Shown in pieces: positions 39,693 to 49,418 of a stretch of 64,000 bases of DNA; within the stretch, counting starts at the first letter, position 1; each line of letters opens with the position of its first letter. The notes beneath the pieces are model-generated. The model did no database searches, was not told the origin of the DNA, and saw only the letters and a program-made list of their open reading frames with translations. The position numbers and the translations under genes are program-made. The DNA comes from a virus, in IMG/VR virus record IMGVR_UViG_3300025435_001056, positions 96,001-160,000 of that record, one strand, 5' to 3'.

Positions 39693-39985
39693 GATACTTA
39701 TTTTTAACCTACTATCAAAAACCCACTGGCAAGATCGATGAAGTCATGACTATCGCTAACCGGATACGTCGCAAAGATCTCCAGACCACTAATGTGATCT
39801 TAGACTTTGAAGAACAAAAGGTTGTACTGTGCAGTGTGTCGGGGATCACAGCCAAAAAGGATTGGGACACCATTGTGAGCTACTACTATCAACACTATCC
39901 GGCCACCATTGAGCGCCTGTTCCAGGAGAACGGGCATGAATTAGACATAAAAGCACCTGCTACGGCCGCCGCTACCGCCGGTTGA
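39689..39985 (+). CDS. Hypothetical protein
   Basis: ATGA overlap. Confidence 0.65.
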   Translation: MRYLFLTYYQKPTGKIDEVMTIANRIRRKDLQTTNVILDFEEQKVVLCSVSGITAKKDWDTIVSYYYQHYPATIERLFQENGHELDIKAPATAAATAG

Positions 39986-40010
39986 CCAAAAAGTCATTTC
40001 GTAGTATAAT
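39982..40010 (+). promoter_or_regulatory. sigma70-like promoter
   Basis: TTGACC-17-TATAAT. Confidence 0.75.
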
Positions 40011-40016
40011 AATACT

Positions 40017-40619
40017 ATGAAATCAAAATTTAAGAACCTAAAACGACTGATCCTGACCGACTGCGACGGCGTTTGTTTAGATTGGGAATGGGCATTCAAT
40101 GTCTGGATGCAAGAACACGGGTTCGTTGAACAAGAGGGTTCAAAATTTGAATATGACATGAGTTTGCGGTATGGTATCACTAGAGAGCAGGTAATCAAAC
40201 TGATCAAGGTATTTAACGAAAGTGCCGCGATTGGATTCCTTCCGGCACAGCGTGATGCCATGTTCTATATCAAACGTCTACACGAAGAACATGGATTCAG
40301 ATTCCATGCCATTACTAGCGTAAGCCTAGATCCCAACGCAATCAAACTGCGTGAAATGAATATACACAAGCTGTTTGGTCCTACCGCATTTGAACGGATT
40401 GTATGTCTAGATACCGGAGCACACAAAGACGAAGTACTTGAAGAATACGAAGGCACTGGTTGCTGGTGGATTGAGGATAAGCCAGCTAATGCCGAAGCAG
40501 GCTATCGTGCAGGACTAAAATGTTTGTTAGTAGAACACGGGCACAACATGAACTATAATCACAAACATATACAGCTGGTCAAAAATTGGAAACATATTTA
40601 CGAAATAGTTACTCAGTAA
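40017..40619 (+). CDS. HAD-superfamily 5'(3')-nucleotidase-like protein
   Basis: DCDGV motif I, IED...N motif IV. Confidence 0.8.
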   Translation: MKSKFKNLKRLILTDCDGVCLDWEWAFNVWMQEHGFVEQEGSKFEYDMSLRYGITREQVIKLIKVFNESAAIGFLPAQRDAMFYIKRLHEEHGFRFHAITSVSLDPNAIKLREMNIHKLFGPTAFERIVCLDTGAHKDEVLEEYEGTGCWWIEDKPANAEAGYRAGLKCLLVEHGHNMNYNHKHIQLVKNWKHIYEIVTQ

Positions 40620-41586
40620 CGCCGCAAACAGTATTACAGTTGTAAATTTGACGATCAGTGCTCCAGGTTTTTTCGATACGATCAAACCAGGTCATAGCTT
40701 GTTCTATACCAACTTGGTTGGCATTGTTACACTCAGGCAAGATTTGTTTAAGCCCAGGATTTCCTGTATGATTCATTTGTCTAGGATAGAATCCTAACCA
40801 ACAACAGGGAGATACTTCTCCAGTAGCACTGACATATAAAGATTTTGATTTTGCAACTTTGCAATCGATCCTCTTGGGGGTTGTTACAGGATCTATAAGA
40901 TTATTTCTGCGAGATCCTTCCCACCACATGATTTTGTCTTCCCAATTTTTTGGTTCAATGTTGTCGCCTATGTCGTGTGAAAATTCTCGATTGCGATTGA
41001 ATACTGAAAAACGACTACGACCCTGATCAATTAATTCAAATTTTTCAAATCCCATTTGCTGGCTTAATTCACGACAAGCATCAATTTGATGTAAATTATG
41101 ATCAAATTTAATCATTGACCAAATTGCATGCCCACCTGCTGCAATAAATTTACGAGCATTTTCTAATATAAAATGATAATCGGTGTATTGTCTATATAAG
41201 TGATGAGTATCTTCGAGTCCTTCTATTCTAAAATGTACGGTAACGCCTAGTCGACCCAATGGTTCCCAAACCGATGGTTTGGCACTGCCATTGGTGGATA
41301 TCACAATATGAAGAGCGGAATTTTTTTCTAAAAAATATCGTACAATTTCTAATCCATCACGACAAGTAATAAAATCTCCAAGGTTACCATTTATGTTAAT
41401 GATTTTAAGTTGCTGTAAAAACTCTGGTTGAAAAATAGTTTTGGCCTCTGCAAGAGTCATATCGTGTATAGGATAGTCGTCAACTACGTCAACTCCGCCC
41501 ATGTTCCTAGGACAACCAGGACAACCAGCATTGCATCGAGTGGAAATTTCTAAGTGTATTTCTTTGACTTCGGAATAGGAGTACAT
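40609..41586 (-). CDS. Radical SAM protein with SPASM/twitch-like C-terminus
   Basis: CNAGCPGC, C...G.VSPCCW and CxxxC motifs; probable start MYSYSE 5 nt after TAAATA. Confidence 0.85.
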   Translation of the reverse strand: MYSYSEVKEIHLEISTRCNAGCPGCPRNMGGVDVVDDYPIHDMTLAEAKTIFQPEFLQQLKIININGNLGDFITCRDGLEIVRYFLEKNSALHIVISTNGSAKPSVWEPLGRLGVTVHFRIEGLEDTHHLYRQYTDYHFILENARKFIAAGGHAIWSMIKFDHNLHQIDACRELSQQMGFEKFELIDQGRSRFSVFNRNREFSHDIGDNIEPKNWEDKIMWWEGSRRNNLIDPVTTPKRIDCKVAKSKSLYVSATGEVSPCCWLGFYPRQMNHTGNPGLKQILPECNNANQVGIEQAMTWFDRIEKTWSTDRQIYNCNTVCGVTE

Positions 41587-41594
41587 TTTTATAT

Positions 41595-42341
41595 TTATTG
41601 TAGTATAGATTCGCACATGGTTTTAGACCAATGCTGACCAAACAAATCTATAGAGTCGGGCGATTTTGCCATTTCCAAATTTGTTTGCCATAGTTTATGA
41701 TAACATGGAGCGATATCAATATTGAGTAACTCAGACAAACGTTTGCTACCATCGGGCGATATCACATCTTTATAAGGTATAGTCACGTGCGGAAAATTTA
41801 CAAAAGGAGTTGAATTATTTCTCACAGATAGTTGTTTTTTGAAAATCTTGCATCGATCTTGGTTTGTTATTATTTGATTTTTGAATTGGTAATCTATGTG
41901 ATATTTTGGTAAATTGTATTCGATAGCATGCCGACGGGTGTCATAAAATCCAAAAGTTTTGACACAAAATTCCCAACATAAAGTTGCAAAGTCAACTCCG
42001 GTGGTATCGATCACAATAATTTTTATAGCCGGTAAATCGTCTGTGCATATTTGATTGTTAATATGCCATCCGTGGCAAGCGCCCGAATAAACATATTCAG
42101 CATTGGAATCTAAATGCCAATTTTGTTTTTGTAAATAGTCACGGAGATTATTAGGGCCAATATCCGGCAACTTGTCAAGATTTCTCATTGCCTGTTGAAC
42201 ACCGTGACTACGGCCAGTTAGGGGGTCTATAATCCACTCATTGTTGATTGATCCTGGCAAACTACCAAGCCACCCAGCAACAAAGTCGGTTCTAGAACCA
42301 CCACAACCTAAGGTTAAGTAAAGAGATATAGGGTAGGTCAT
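41595..42341 (-). CDS. Hypothetical protein (sulfotransferase-like?)
   Basis: N-terminal GGSRTDF loop; AT-rich. Confidence 0.55.
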   Translation of the reverse strand: MTYPISLYLTLGCGGSRTDFVAGWLGSLPGSINNEWIIDPLTGRSHGVQQAMRNLDKLPDIGPNNLRDYLQKQNWHLDSNAEYVYSGACHGWHINNQICTDDLPAIKIIVIDTTGVDFATLCWEFCVKTFGFYDTRRHAIEYNLPKYHIDYQFKNQIITNQDRCKIFKKQLSVRNNSTPFVNFPHVTIPYKDVISPDGSKRLSELLNIDIAPCYHKLWQTNLEMAKSPDSIDLFGQHWSKTMCESILQ

Positions 42342-42361
42342 ACCCTATATTTACTATTTGA

Positions 42362-43102
42362 TTACTCGGCATAAAGATTTAGCACGCTATCGATGATAGC
42401 ATGCCGCTGTATGTCGCGATTATCTAAATTACATACAGCTATTCCTTTTACACCCCCTTTCTGCAATCTTTGGCACAGGTCTATCAGACCATTATTGCCG
42501 CGGCTGCGATCCGCCTGTTCTACGTCGCCCGTGATTACAATCTTACTGTCTTGGCCGATACGGGTCATCAGCATTTTGCATTGTGCTGGCGTGGCATTTT
42601 GCATTTCGTCAGCTACAATATATGCATTTTTTAACGTTCTGCCCCTCATAAAAGCCAGCGGAGCAATCTCTATAGTTTGCTCTTCTATCATAGCGGCTAT
42701 ATCGGGTTGACGATAGTACTCGCGAAGAATATCTGTCAATGGTCGTACCCAAGGATCCATTTTTTGATTGAGGTCGCCGGGTAAGAAACCATGTTTTTCG
42801 TCTTCTACACCCACTGCTGGGCGTGTTAACACTATACGATCTACTGCTCCTTCTCTAAATGCTTTTACTGCTGCCAGCATGGCCAAATAGGTTTTTCCTG
42901 TTCCTGCTGGACCTGCTGTAACCACAATCGACTGATTTTTGTCCTGCAAGGCCAAAACCAACCGCTCTTGATTTCTTGTACGTGGTACAATATCAATAGG
43001 CCGTTGTTTTTGTGGTTTTGGTTGATCAAAACGGATTGTGTTTTCTTGTAATGTCATTTTCTGACGCTTTTGTGATTTGCTAACTACTTTTTGTCTACTC
43101 AT
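42362..43102 (-). CDS. phoH: PhoH-family ATPase
   Basis: GPAGTGKT, RPAV, GFLPGD, MRGRT, DE.QN and GD..Q.D motifs. Confidence 0.95.
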   Translation of the reverse strand: MSRQKVVSKSQKRQKMTLQENTIRFDQPKPQKQRPIDIVPRTRNQERLVLALQDKNQSIVVTAGPAGTGKTYLAMLAAVKAFREGAVDRIVLTRPAVGVEDEKHGFLPGDLNQKMDPWVRPLTDILREYYRQPDIAAMIEEQTIEIAPLAFMRGRTLKNAYIVADEMQNATPAQCKMLMTRIGQDSKIVITGDVEQADRSRGNNGLIDLCQRLQKGGVKGIAVCNLDNRDIQRHAIIDSVLNLYAE

Positions 43103-43280
43103 GATACTCCGTGTAGTGGGTTAGATTACTTCCAACAGCACCGTGCTGTCTTAATTATTTAGGTACCCATACTCAAAAGTTTAGTATGGGTACTAAATGA
43201 TTTAAATCTAGTATAAGTATTAGACTGTACACTCAACTCTCCAAACTGTTCATAGTTGTAAATTAACCATAAATAATCAT

Positions 43281-43859
43281 ATGGATCAAGAAATTTTTAA
43301 AAATCATCAAGACTACTGGCAAGTTGCCAAAAACATTCGTGACATCTACATGAGCGAAGGTAGTCTGCTTACTCTGTTGGATTTTGAACGAGTGCTAGAT
43401 GAACTAGATATCTATGCGTTCAAAAACTGGAGCATAGGCGAACTGGTACAGGGCCCCACAGTTAGCAAGTATCGTGTAAGTTGCATATTCATGTGGCCTG
43501 AAAAACTCATGCCAGATCCGCGTGGTGCTTGTAGACTCTTGCCATTTGACTGCAAGGTCGAATACAAAAAAACCACAATGAAAATTCCAGTCAAGATTAT
43601 GGATCCGTCGGACTATCGCCCAGGCACACACAAGGCCAAGATTACCGAAAAGAAAATATGGCTGGTAGAGATAACCATGCCCAAGAGTCTCATGAGCGAC
43701 ATACGCACCGGTTCTGTAGAACTAGAAGACCAAGACATTGACTTGGCTGACCTAGATGATGCTTACGAACAGGATCTAGATAAAGACGAATTACAAAATC
43801 AACAACAAGCCCAAAATGCACAACAATCACTTAGCCAACCTCAAACGCCTGGTTTCTGA
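43281..43859 (+). CDS. Conserved hypothetical phage protein
   Basis: LLDFERVLD..D.YAF.NW..GELV.GP and MPDP.G motifs. Confidence 0.75.
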   Translation: MDQEIFKNHQDYWQVAKNIRDIYMSEGSLLTLLDFERVLDELDIYAFKNWSIGELVQGPTVSKYRVSCIFMWPEKLMPDPRGACRLLPFDCKVEYKKTTMKIPVKIMDPSDYRPGTHKAKITEKKIWLVEITMPKSLMSDIRTGSVELEDQDIDLADLDDAYEQDLDKDELQNQQQAQNAQQSLSQPQTPGF

Positions 43860-44385
43860 AAGCCTAGACTATAAAGAAATGGAAGGCTTGATGAAGCCTA
43901 CAATTCATGTGGATGAATTTTCAAGTAAGATGGGCGACGACGATGACATCATTGTGGTCAGTTTTTTTGTGCGTGATGCTCAGGCCGCAAAGGATCTAAT
44001 GACCTGGTTTGAAAAAGGTTATGATTTTGTGTTGGATGCAGATCGTAGTCCAGGCGAAATCAAACCCAATCGTTATCTAGTGTATGTAGAAATTCGGCGT
44101 CGTAGCACAGCCGGGGCACATGTGGAACAACTCTTAAACGACCTCAATACTTTGACCGAACACCAAGGCAGTTCGGCCTGGACCATGCACTACAAGGGCG
44201 AATCAATTCCATTTACAATGGAAACTTTTGAACAGTTGGTACCATTAAGTCCTAGAGCTTACCGTGAGCGTTACGAGCAAGATCTCAACGAAATGCGCAC
44301 AGCTGCCGGAGTCCCGGTGGTCACCCACTACGATCGAAAAGACCCGGCCTTGCAATCTATTCAATCAGCCGCTGGCCTACTATAA
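43816..44385 (+). CDS. Conserved hypothetical phage protein
   Basis: DEF.SKMG.D.D, FEKGY.FVLDAD.SPGE motifs. Confidence 0.75.
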   Translation: MHNNHLANLKRLVSESLDYKEMEGLMKPTIHVDEFSSKMGDDDDIIVVSFFVRDAQAAKDLMTWFEKGYDFVLDADRSPGEIKPNRYLVYVEIRRRSTAGAHVEQLLNDLNTLTEHQGSSAWTMHYKGESIPFTMETFEQLVPLSPRAYRERYEQDLNEMRTAAGVPVVTHYDRKDPALQSIQSAAGLL

Positions 44386-44423
44386 AATCATAGTGTTATC
44401 GTAATCTAGGTATATAATTGCCT

Positions 44424-45107
44424 ATGAAACTAAAAAGTTTTGGATGTAGTTTTATCTTTGGTTCAGAACTGGCCGATGATGGGCATGGTGGACCGTATGC
44501 TACGCCTAGTCAGTTGACTTGGCCTGCACATTTAGCTAGTTATTTAAATCGTCAATACGAATGCTATGCTCGTCCAGGGTCTGGGAATCTACAGATATTA
44601 GAAAGTATCTTAAATCAAGCAGCCACCAGTACCAGTTCGGATTTATTTGTTATTGGATGGACCTGGATCGATCGATTTGATTACTACCCAACAAATCCCA
44701 ACACGCCTAGTCGCAGTCCTTGGCGTACTATTATGCCGGTAGATACCGATACAGTAGCTCAAGTTTACTATAGAAATCTACATTCAGAATATCGTGACAA
44801 ACTTGTTTCTTTGGCCAATATCAAATTGGCCATTGATACATTACAACAACGACAAATTCCCTTTGTGATGACCTACATGGATCAACTGTTGTTTGATCAG
44901 CAGTGGCATATTACCCCGGCTGTGATCGAACTACAAACCTATGTGCAACCTTTTATGAAAAATTTTGATGGACAAACATTTTTAGAATGGAGCAGGGCCA
45001 ATGATTATCCAGAAACTGCGGCTTGGCATCCTTTAGAAGAAGCACACCGAGCCGCATCTGATTTTATGATTAAAGTTTTTGATAAACAAAATACAGGCGA
45101 TTGTTAG
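44424..45107 (+). CDS. SGNH-hydrolase-like hypothetical protein
   Basis: FGCSF..G, PGSGN, WT..DR, HPLE.AH; same architecture as 38907..39692. Confidence 0.55.
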   Translation: MKLKSFGCSFIFGSELADDGHGGPYATPSQLTWPAHLASYLNRQYECYARPGSGNLQILESILNQAATSTSSDLFVIGWTWIDRFDYYPTNPNTPSRSPWRTIMPVDTDTVAQVYYRNLHSEYRDKLVSLANIKLAIDTLQQRQIPFVMTYMDQLLFDQQWHITPAVIELQTYVQPFMKNFDGQTFLEWSRANDYPETAAWHPLEEAHRAASDFMIKVFDKQNTGDC

Positions 45108-45798
45108 CATCCTTCTTGAATTCCAATAGTTTGAGATTAAACAGTTCGGCAAACTCATTTACTAGCTCAAACGACCAGGGAAAAATATCCACATACGGTC
45201 CTGTTTTATGGGTCACTCCGGGGTTAGCACGCAGATAAAAACGTCCACCCGTTTTAAGCAGATCCACGCAGTGTCCAAAACGAGCTTCGATTTCATCTTG
45301 GCTGTTAAAATTGATAGATCCCAAGGCCATGATCACATCGTACTTGTGCTTTACACGGTATTCGAGAATATCTACCTGATAGTCAGCTGCGTCATTGTAA
45401 GGATCAATGCCCACTAAATTTTGAATACGGCCTTTGAATGGATGATACCCACAGCCCACATCCAGTACAGCTTCGGGATTGAGTTTGTTGATTTCTTCTG
45501 CTAGTTGCCAACCAGTGTGATTGTAATCATCCGTACGCGGTTTCCAAATTTCCCCAAAAAAGCGCAGAATGTAGCGTTCGCTGATGGTGTCTACAATTTT
45601 GAGCAACGGGCCGTTGAAGCCGCAGTCTTCCAACATGAGTTCAGCTTCTATCGTATCCTTGAACTTGCGATAACGAGCCGGCGTCCAAGGCAGTTGATCT
45701 ACCTCAGTGTCGACGTCAATAGAAATATTCTTATACTTGGGTAAATTAAAAGTATCTTGTAAATTTTTTGTAATTAGGTTAAAAATTTTGGTATTCAT
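45070..45798 (-). CDS. Class I SAM-dependent methyltransferase
   Basis: VLDVGCG, GID and YDVI motifs. Confidence 0.8.
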   Translation of the reverse strand: MNTKIFNLITKNLQDTFNLPKYKNISIDVDTEVDQLPWTPARYRKFKDTIEAELMLEDCGFNGPLLKIVDTISERYILRFFGEIWKPRTDDYNHTGWQLAEEINKLNPEAVLDVGCGYHPFKGRIQNLVGIDPYNDAADYQVDILEYRVKHKYDVIMALGSINFNSQDEIEARFGHCVDLLKTGGRFYLRANPGVTHKTGPYVDIFPWSFELVNEFAELFNLKLLEFKKDANNRLYFVYQKL

Positions 45799-45889
45799 TA
45801 AAAATTTTCCGTTTTAGGTAAATAATTTTACAAAGAGCTTAAAAATTTTAGGCCACTTGTAAATTCATATAACTATTTAAGGAGATTTT

Positions 45890-46585
45890 ATGAACTCAAA
45901 AGAATTTGTTGCCAAGATCGTGGCCGATAACCAAGCCCTGTTTCAAGCAAGCCAGCACAATGTTCGGGCTTACTTTGACAGTAAGCCAGCTCAAGAAGAA
46001 CTGGTAGAGCACTTTATTGGCCGTATGGTCAATGAGCGTATGAACATGGTTGAGATCAGCCAAGCTATTGCTACCATGCCTGCCGATGCAGATCCTGTAG
46101 AATTACAGTTGTTGACACAACAGGCTGCCGACGAAGCTGTTCATTTCCGTCTTGTTAAAGAAGTTATTGAACACATTCAAGGTGCACCAGTTGATGTAGA
46201 AGCCGCCATTGCTCGCGAAGCCGCTAAACCAACTGCCAAAGGTGCTGGTTTATTGGCCAAGTACGGTGCAGAGAATGATCGAGTGGCTCTTGCCGCTTAT
46301 CAGTTGGTTGCCGAAGGTCGCGCCGAAGCTGTTTGGAACACTATGGCCGAGTGCATTGAAGATGAATTTATTAGTAAAAGTTATGCCAAAATTGCCCGGG
46401 ATGAAGGTTTCCACAGCAAGATTGGTGCTCGTAAGCTAGAGCAGTTAGTTACAGATGCAGAAGTTGCTGCTCGAGTTGAAACATTGGTTGCCGCTATGCG
46501 TAAAGACTTGTATGAAATTTCATGCCGGAACACTGTAGCAGCTGAAGCTGGCAAAGAGCTAGTGGCAGACGCATACGGTTGGTAA
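45890..46585 (+). CDS. Ferritin-like diiron-carboxylate protein
   Basis: E...DEAVH...E...DEGFH twin ExxH motifs; SD aaggag; TAAATA at 45819. Confidence 0.8.
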   Translation: MNSKEFVAKIVADNQALFQASQHNVRAYFDSKPAQEELVEHFIGRMVNERMNMVEISQAIATMPADADPVELQLLTQQAADEAVHFRLVKEVIEHIQGAPVDVEAAIAREAAKPTAKGAGLLAKYGAENDRVALAAYQLVAEGRAEAVWNTMAECIEDEFISKSYAKIARDEGFHSKIGARKLEQLVTDAEVAARVETLVAAMRKDLYEISCRNTVAAEAGKELVADAYGW

Positions 46586-46586
46586 T

Positions 46587-47147
46587 TTGAAAATAGGACT
46601 CACTCAGCGGATCCTAAACTTCAGAGGGCGGGCGTATGACTCAATTGAGCATGGTTGGTATTCCTACTTGAAAGAGCATACGCTTGTTTTTGTTCCCAAT
46701 CGATTAGATCAGGATTTTGAATCAGTAGCACAAGAAGTAGATTGTCTTATTATCACCGGTGGCGATGATCGTTTGATCAGACGCACCACAGAATTACAAT
46801 TAGCCACAGCAGTAATAAAACAACAAAAACCTATTTTGGGTGTATGTCATGGAGCATTTTTGCTGACTGATGTGTTTGGCGGTATAGTCGGTCGTAAAGA
46901 CGGACATAGAGATGGAATTGAACATGTGGTCCGGTATTGTGAGCAGGATTATGTGGTCAACAGTTTTCACGGACTTGCAATTGAATCGGCACCACCCACA
47001 GCACAAGTACTGGCTCGAGACCCCGATGGCACTTGCGAATCCTGGATTGATGGGTTGGTAGCAGCAGTAGTATGGCATCCAGAACGTATGGCAAACCCCT
47101 GGTTGCCAACAGAAATACAAAATTTAATATTCAAGGACAACAAATGA
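46587..47147 (+). CDS. Class I glutamine amidotransferase / peptidase C26-like
   Basis: ITGG.D, PILGVCHG, VNSFH, WHPE (intact Cys-His-Glu triad). Confidence 0.85.
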   Translation: MKIGLTQRILNFRGRAYDSIEHGWYSYLKEHTLVFVPNRLDQDFESVAQEVDCLIITGGDDRLIRRTTELQLATAVIKQQKPILGVCHGAFLLTDVFGGIVGRKDGHRDGIEHVVRYCEQDYVVNSFHGLAIESAPPTAQVLARDPDGTCESWIDGLVAAVVWHPERMANPWLPTEIQNLIFKDNK

Positions 47148-48118
47148 AAAAATTATTAGCGGTATTATTATTAATCCCAACCCTGGCCATGGCCTGGGAA
47201 CCTATATATCCAGTTTCTGTAATTGTGGGCAACACTCCCGGAGCTGGCAACGAAATTGCCTTTAGAGCCCTGGCAGCTGTTGTGCAAAAAAACAATCCCA
47301 AGTTTGTGTATGTGGTCGAAAACAAACCCGGTGCTGATTCAGTAGTGGCTCAAAATTATTTCCTACAGCAACCAGCCGATGGATACACCATCAATCTACC
47401 CAGCCATATGAGTACCTATGTGACTAATGACATCTGGGAAGCCAAGATCAAAAAGTTTAACTACGATTCATTCATTGATGTCATGACCATGGGCAAGAGT
47501 CCATTGGTCCTGGTTGCCAATGCAAAAAGCAAGATCAATACTCCGGTTGAATTTATTAGATTAATTGCTACAACTACCCGTCCTATTAATGTTGCGGTAG
47601 GCGGTGGTGCTCATAGAACTGCCTACGAATATCTTATGATGAAGGCCCATGGCAACGCTGACCTGGTCAAACCTATCAAGTTCAATGGTCCTTTACCGGC
47701 AGTGACCAGTGTTGCATCATTTGATACCGCCGGAGGAACAGAATTTGGTATTATGCCCATTGCTGTGGCTCGGCCATTGGTTGAGGCTGGCAAGGTCAAG
47801 CCCATTGGATTTACAGGCACACACCGCATGCCACAATATCCCAATGTTCCCTTGTTAAATGAATGGGTTCCCGGTATCAATGTATATGCCGCTTGGTCAA
47901 TAGAATTACCCAAAGGCACGCCTCAAGAAGTAGTCGATTGGTATCAGCAGAAGTTTAGTGCGGCTGTACATAGTGCGGAGTATAAAAAGTGGTGCGAACA
48001 AAATGTGGTCTTTGTGGATGAGTCTGAACTAAAGCCAGCTGGACTACGCCGGCACATGGAGGAACTGCGTGCTACATTCTTGCCTGTGTTGAAAACTATT
48101 GATTTAAGCAAAGAATGA
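47144..48118 (+). CDS. Tripartite tricarboxylate transporter substrate-binding protein (Bug/TctC)
   Basis: Signal peptide; VENKPGA, ADGYT, G.VK.IG.T...R....P.VP and P.GTP..VV motifs. Confidence 0.85.
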   Translation: MKKLLAVLLLIPTLAMAWEPIYPVSVIVGNTPGAGNEIAFRALAAVVQKNNPKFVYVVENKPGADSVVAQNYFLQQPADGYTINLPSHMSTYVTNDIWEAKIKKFNYDSFIDVMTMGKSPLVLVANAKSKINTPVEFIRLIATTTRPINVAVGGGAHRTAYEYLMMKAHGNADLVKPIKFNGPLPAVTSVASFDTAGGTEFGIMPIAVARPLVEAGKVKPIGFTGTHRMPQYPNVPLLNEWVPGINVYAAWSIELPKGTPQEVVDWYQQKFSAAVHSAEYKKWCEQNVVFVDESELKPAGLRRHMEELRATFLPVLKTIDLSKE

Positions 48119-48735
48119 AATATATCTTTTGTGCAGGTGCACCTGGCTCAAAATGGAGCAGTCTAATCAAAAACATCTACTACAGCCCCGATGTGGATCG
48201 TTCGGACTATTCGGATGACAGAACCTACTGGCACGATGCTCCGGGACAGTTGGAACTCATGCACCTAGGTGCTTATTTTGATCCTGGCATGGAGTTTGGC
48301 GACTGGTTTGATCGTTTGGACCAATATACTCGGGCCGAATGTGAAGCTGAATTTGACCGCCCGTTTTCGGGCACAGGTATTCGTATCATCAAAAGCCATG
48401 TGTTTGCACATCACATAGATTTTATCAAACAGACCTGGCCTGATTGCCCTGTTATCCTGGCACATCGCAACAATGATGCCGCACTGGGCTGGTGGGTCAA
48501 GTGTGGACACTTTAATATTACCTACCCGCTATATGATAAGTACTATCGAGATCTGCGAACCATGGCTGGCATAATTGCCAATCAAAATCAGGATATACAA
48601 AAAGCATGGGATCATCACAAGGGTAAAATACCTCCAAATAATCTTGCGTTGGCAGATATTTTAGGAATCAAATTGCCGCCTGATAATTATTTTCAAGACT
48701 ACAGACAATCGGACCTAGGAGTAAAGGTAATATGA
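48115..48735 (+). CDS. Hypothetical P-loop/sulfotransferase-like protein
   Basis: N-terminal GAPGSKWS; IIKSH motif. Confidence 0.55.
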   Translation: MKYIFCAGAPGSKWSSLIKNIYYSPDVDRSDYSDDRTYWHDAPGQLELMHLGAYFDPGMEFGDWFDRLDQYTRAECEAEFDRPFSGTGIRIIKSHVFAHHIDFIKQTWPDCPVILAHRNNDAALGWWVKCGHFNITYPLYDKYYRDLRTMAGIIANQNQDIQKAWDHHKGKIPPNNLALADILGIKLPPDNYFQDYRQSDLGVKVI

Positions 48736-49418
48736 AAAATCAAGCAGATTACGACAGCAGTTGGCAATGGTGTGTGGATCACAGTTGTTATCATTTTGAT
48801 AACACTCGCATTGACCAGCCTGGTGAATGGTTTCGGGTCTTGGGTCGTTTTGAAGGCAACTGGACCGACGAAGTGACACAGGCTCAAGGAAAACCCATAA
48901 CTTGGGCTACCCGTAAATTTTACGGCAATGACGATGATACCGTAAGTCCCATGTTAGCTCAAGAAGAAAACGATCTTAGAACTACAGGTGCTCCGGTAGA
49001 TCTTGAACTGACCGACGCAGTATTTGATATCACGCCTTATCCTACCTTGATACGCATGAGTGAATACTTTGGTATAGCAGATGCCAAGATTCGCATGCAT
49101 TATCAAAGACCAGGGCAGATGTTCAACCTGCACATAGACAAATTGCAGGATCGTTGTCCTGAAGATCCTGAACAAGTGATCAGAATGACCATCATGCTAG
49201 CCGACTGGGCACCTGGACAATTTTACTCTTACGGTACCTGTAACTACTCACACTGGCGTGCCGGAGATGTTCATATCTTTGATTGGGCCAATGTGCCACA
49301 TGCCACGGCCAATGCCAGTCGCCACATGCGCCCGGTGCTACAGATCACTGGACTCAAAACCGAACACACTAGAAAATTATTAGAATACGCAGGACCCGAA
49401 GCCAGATATCAGGTATGA
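48732..49418 (+). CDS. Putative 2OG-Fe(II)/cupin dioxygenase
   Basis: PGQMFNLHID...PHATAN...R (HxD...H facial triad). Confidence 0.7.
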   Translation: MKNQADYDSSWQWCVDHSCYHFDNTRIDQPGEWFRVLGRFEGNWTDEVTQAQGKPITWATRKFYGNDDDTVSPMLAQEENDLRTTGAPVDLELTDAVFDITPYPTLIRMSEYFGIADAKIRMHYQRPGQMFNLHIDKLQDRCPEDPEQVIRMTIMLADWAPGQFYSYGTCNYSHWRAGDVHIFDWANVPHATANASRHMRPVLQITGLKTEHTRKLLEYAGPEARYQV

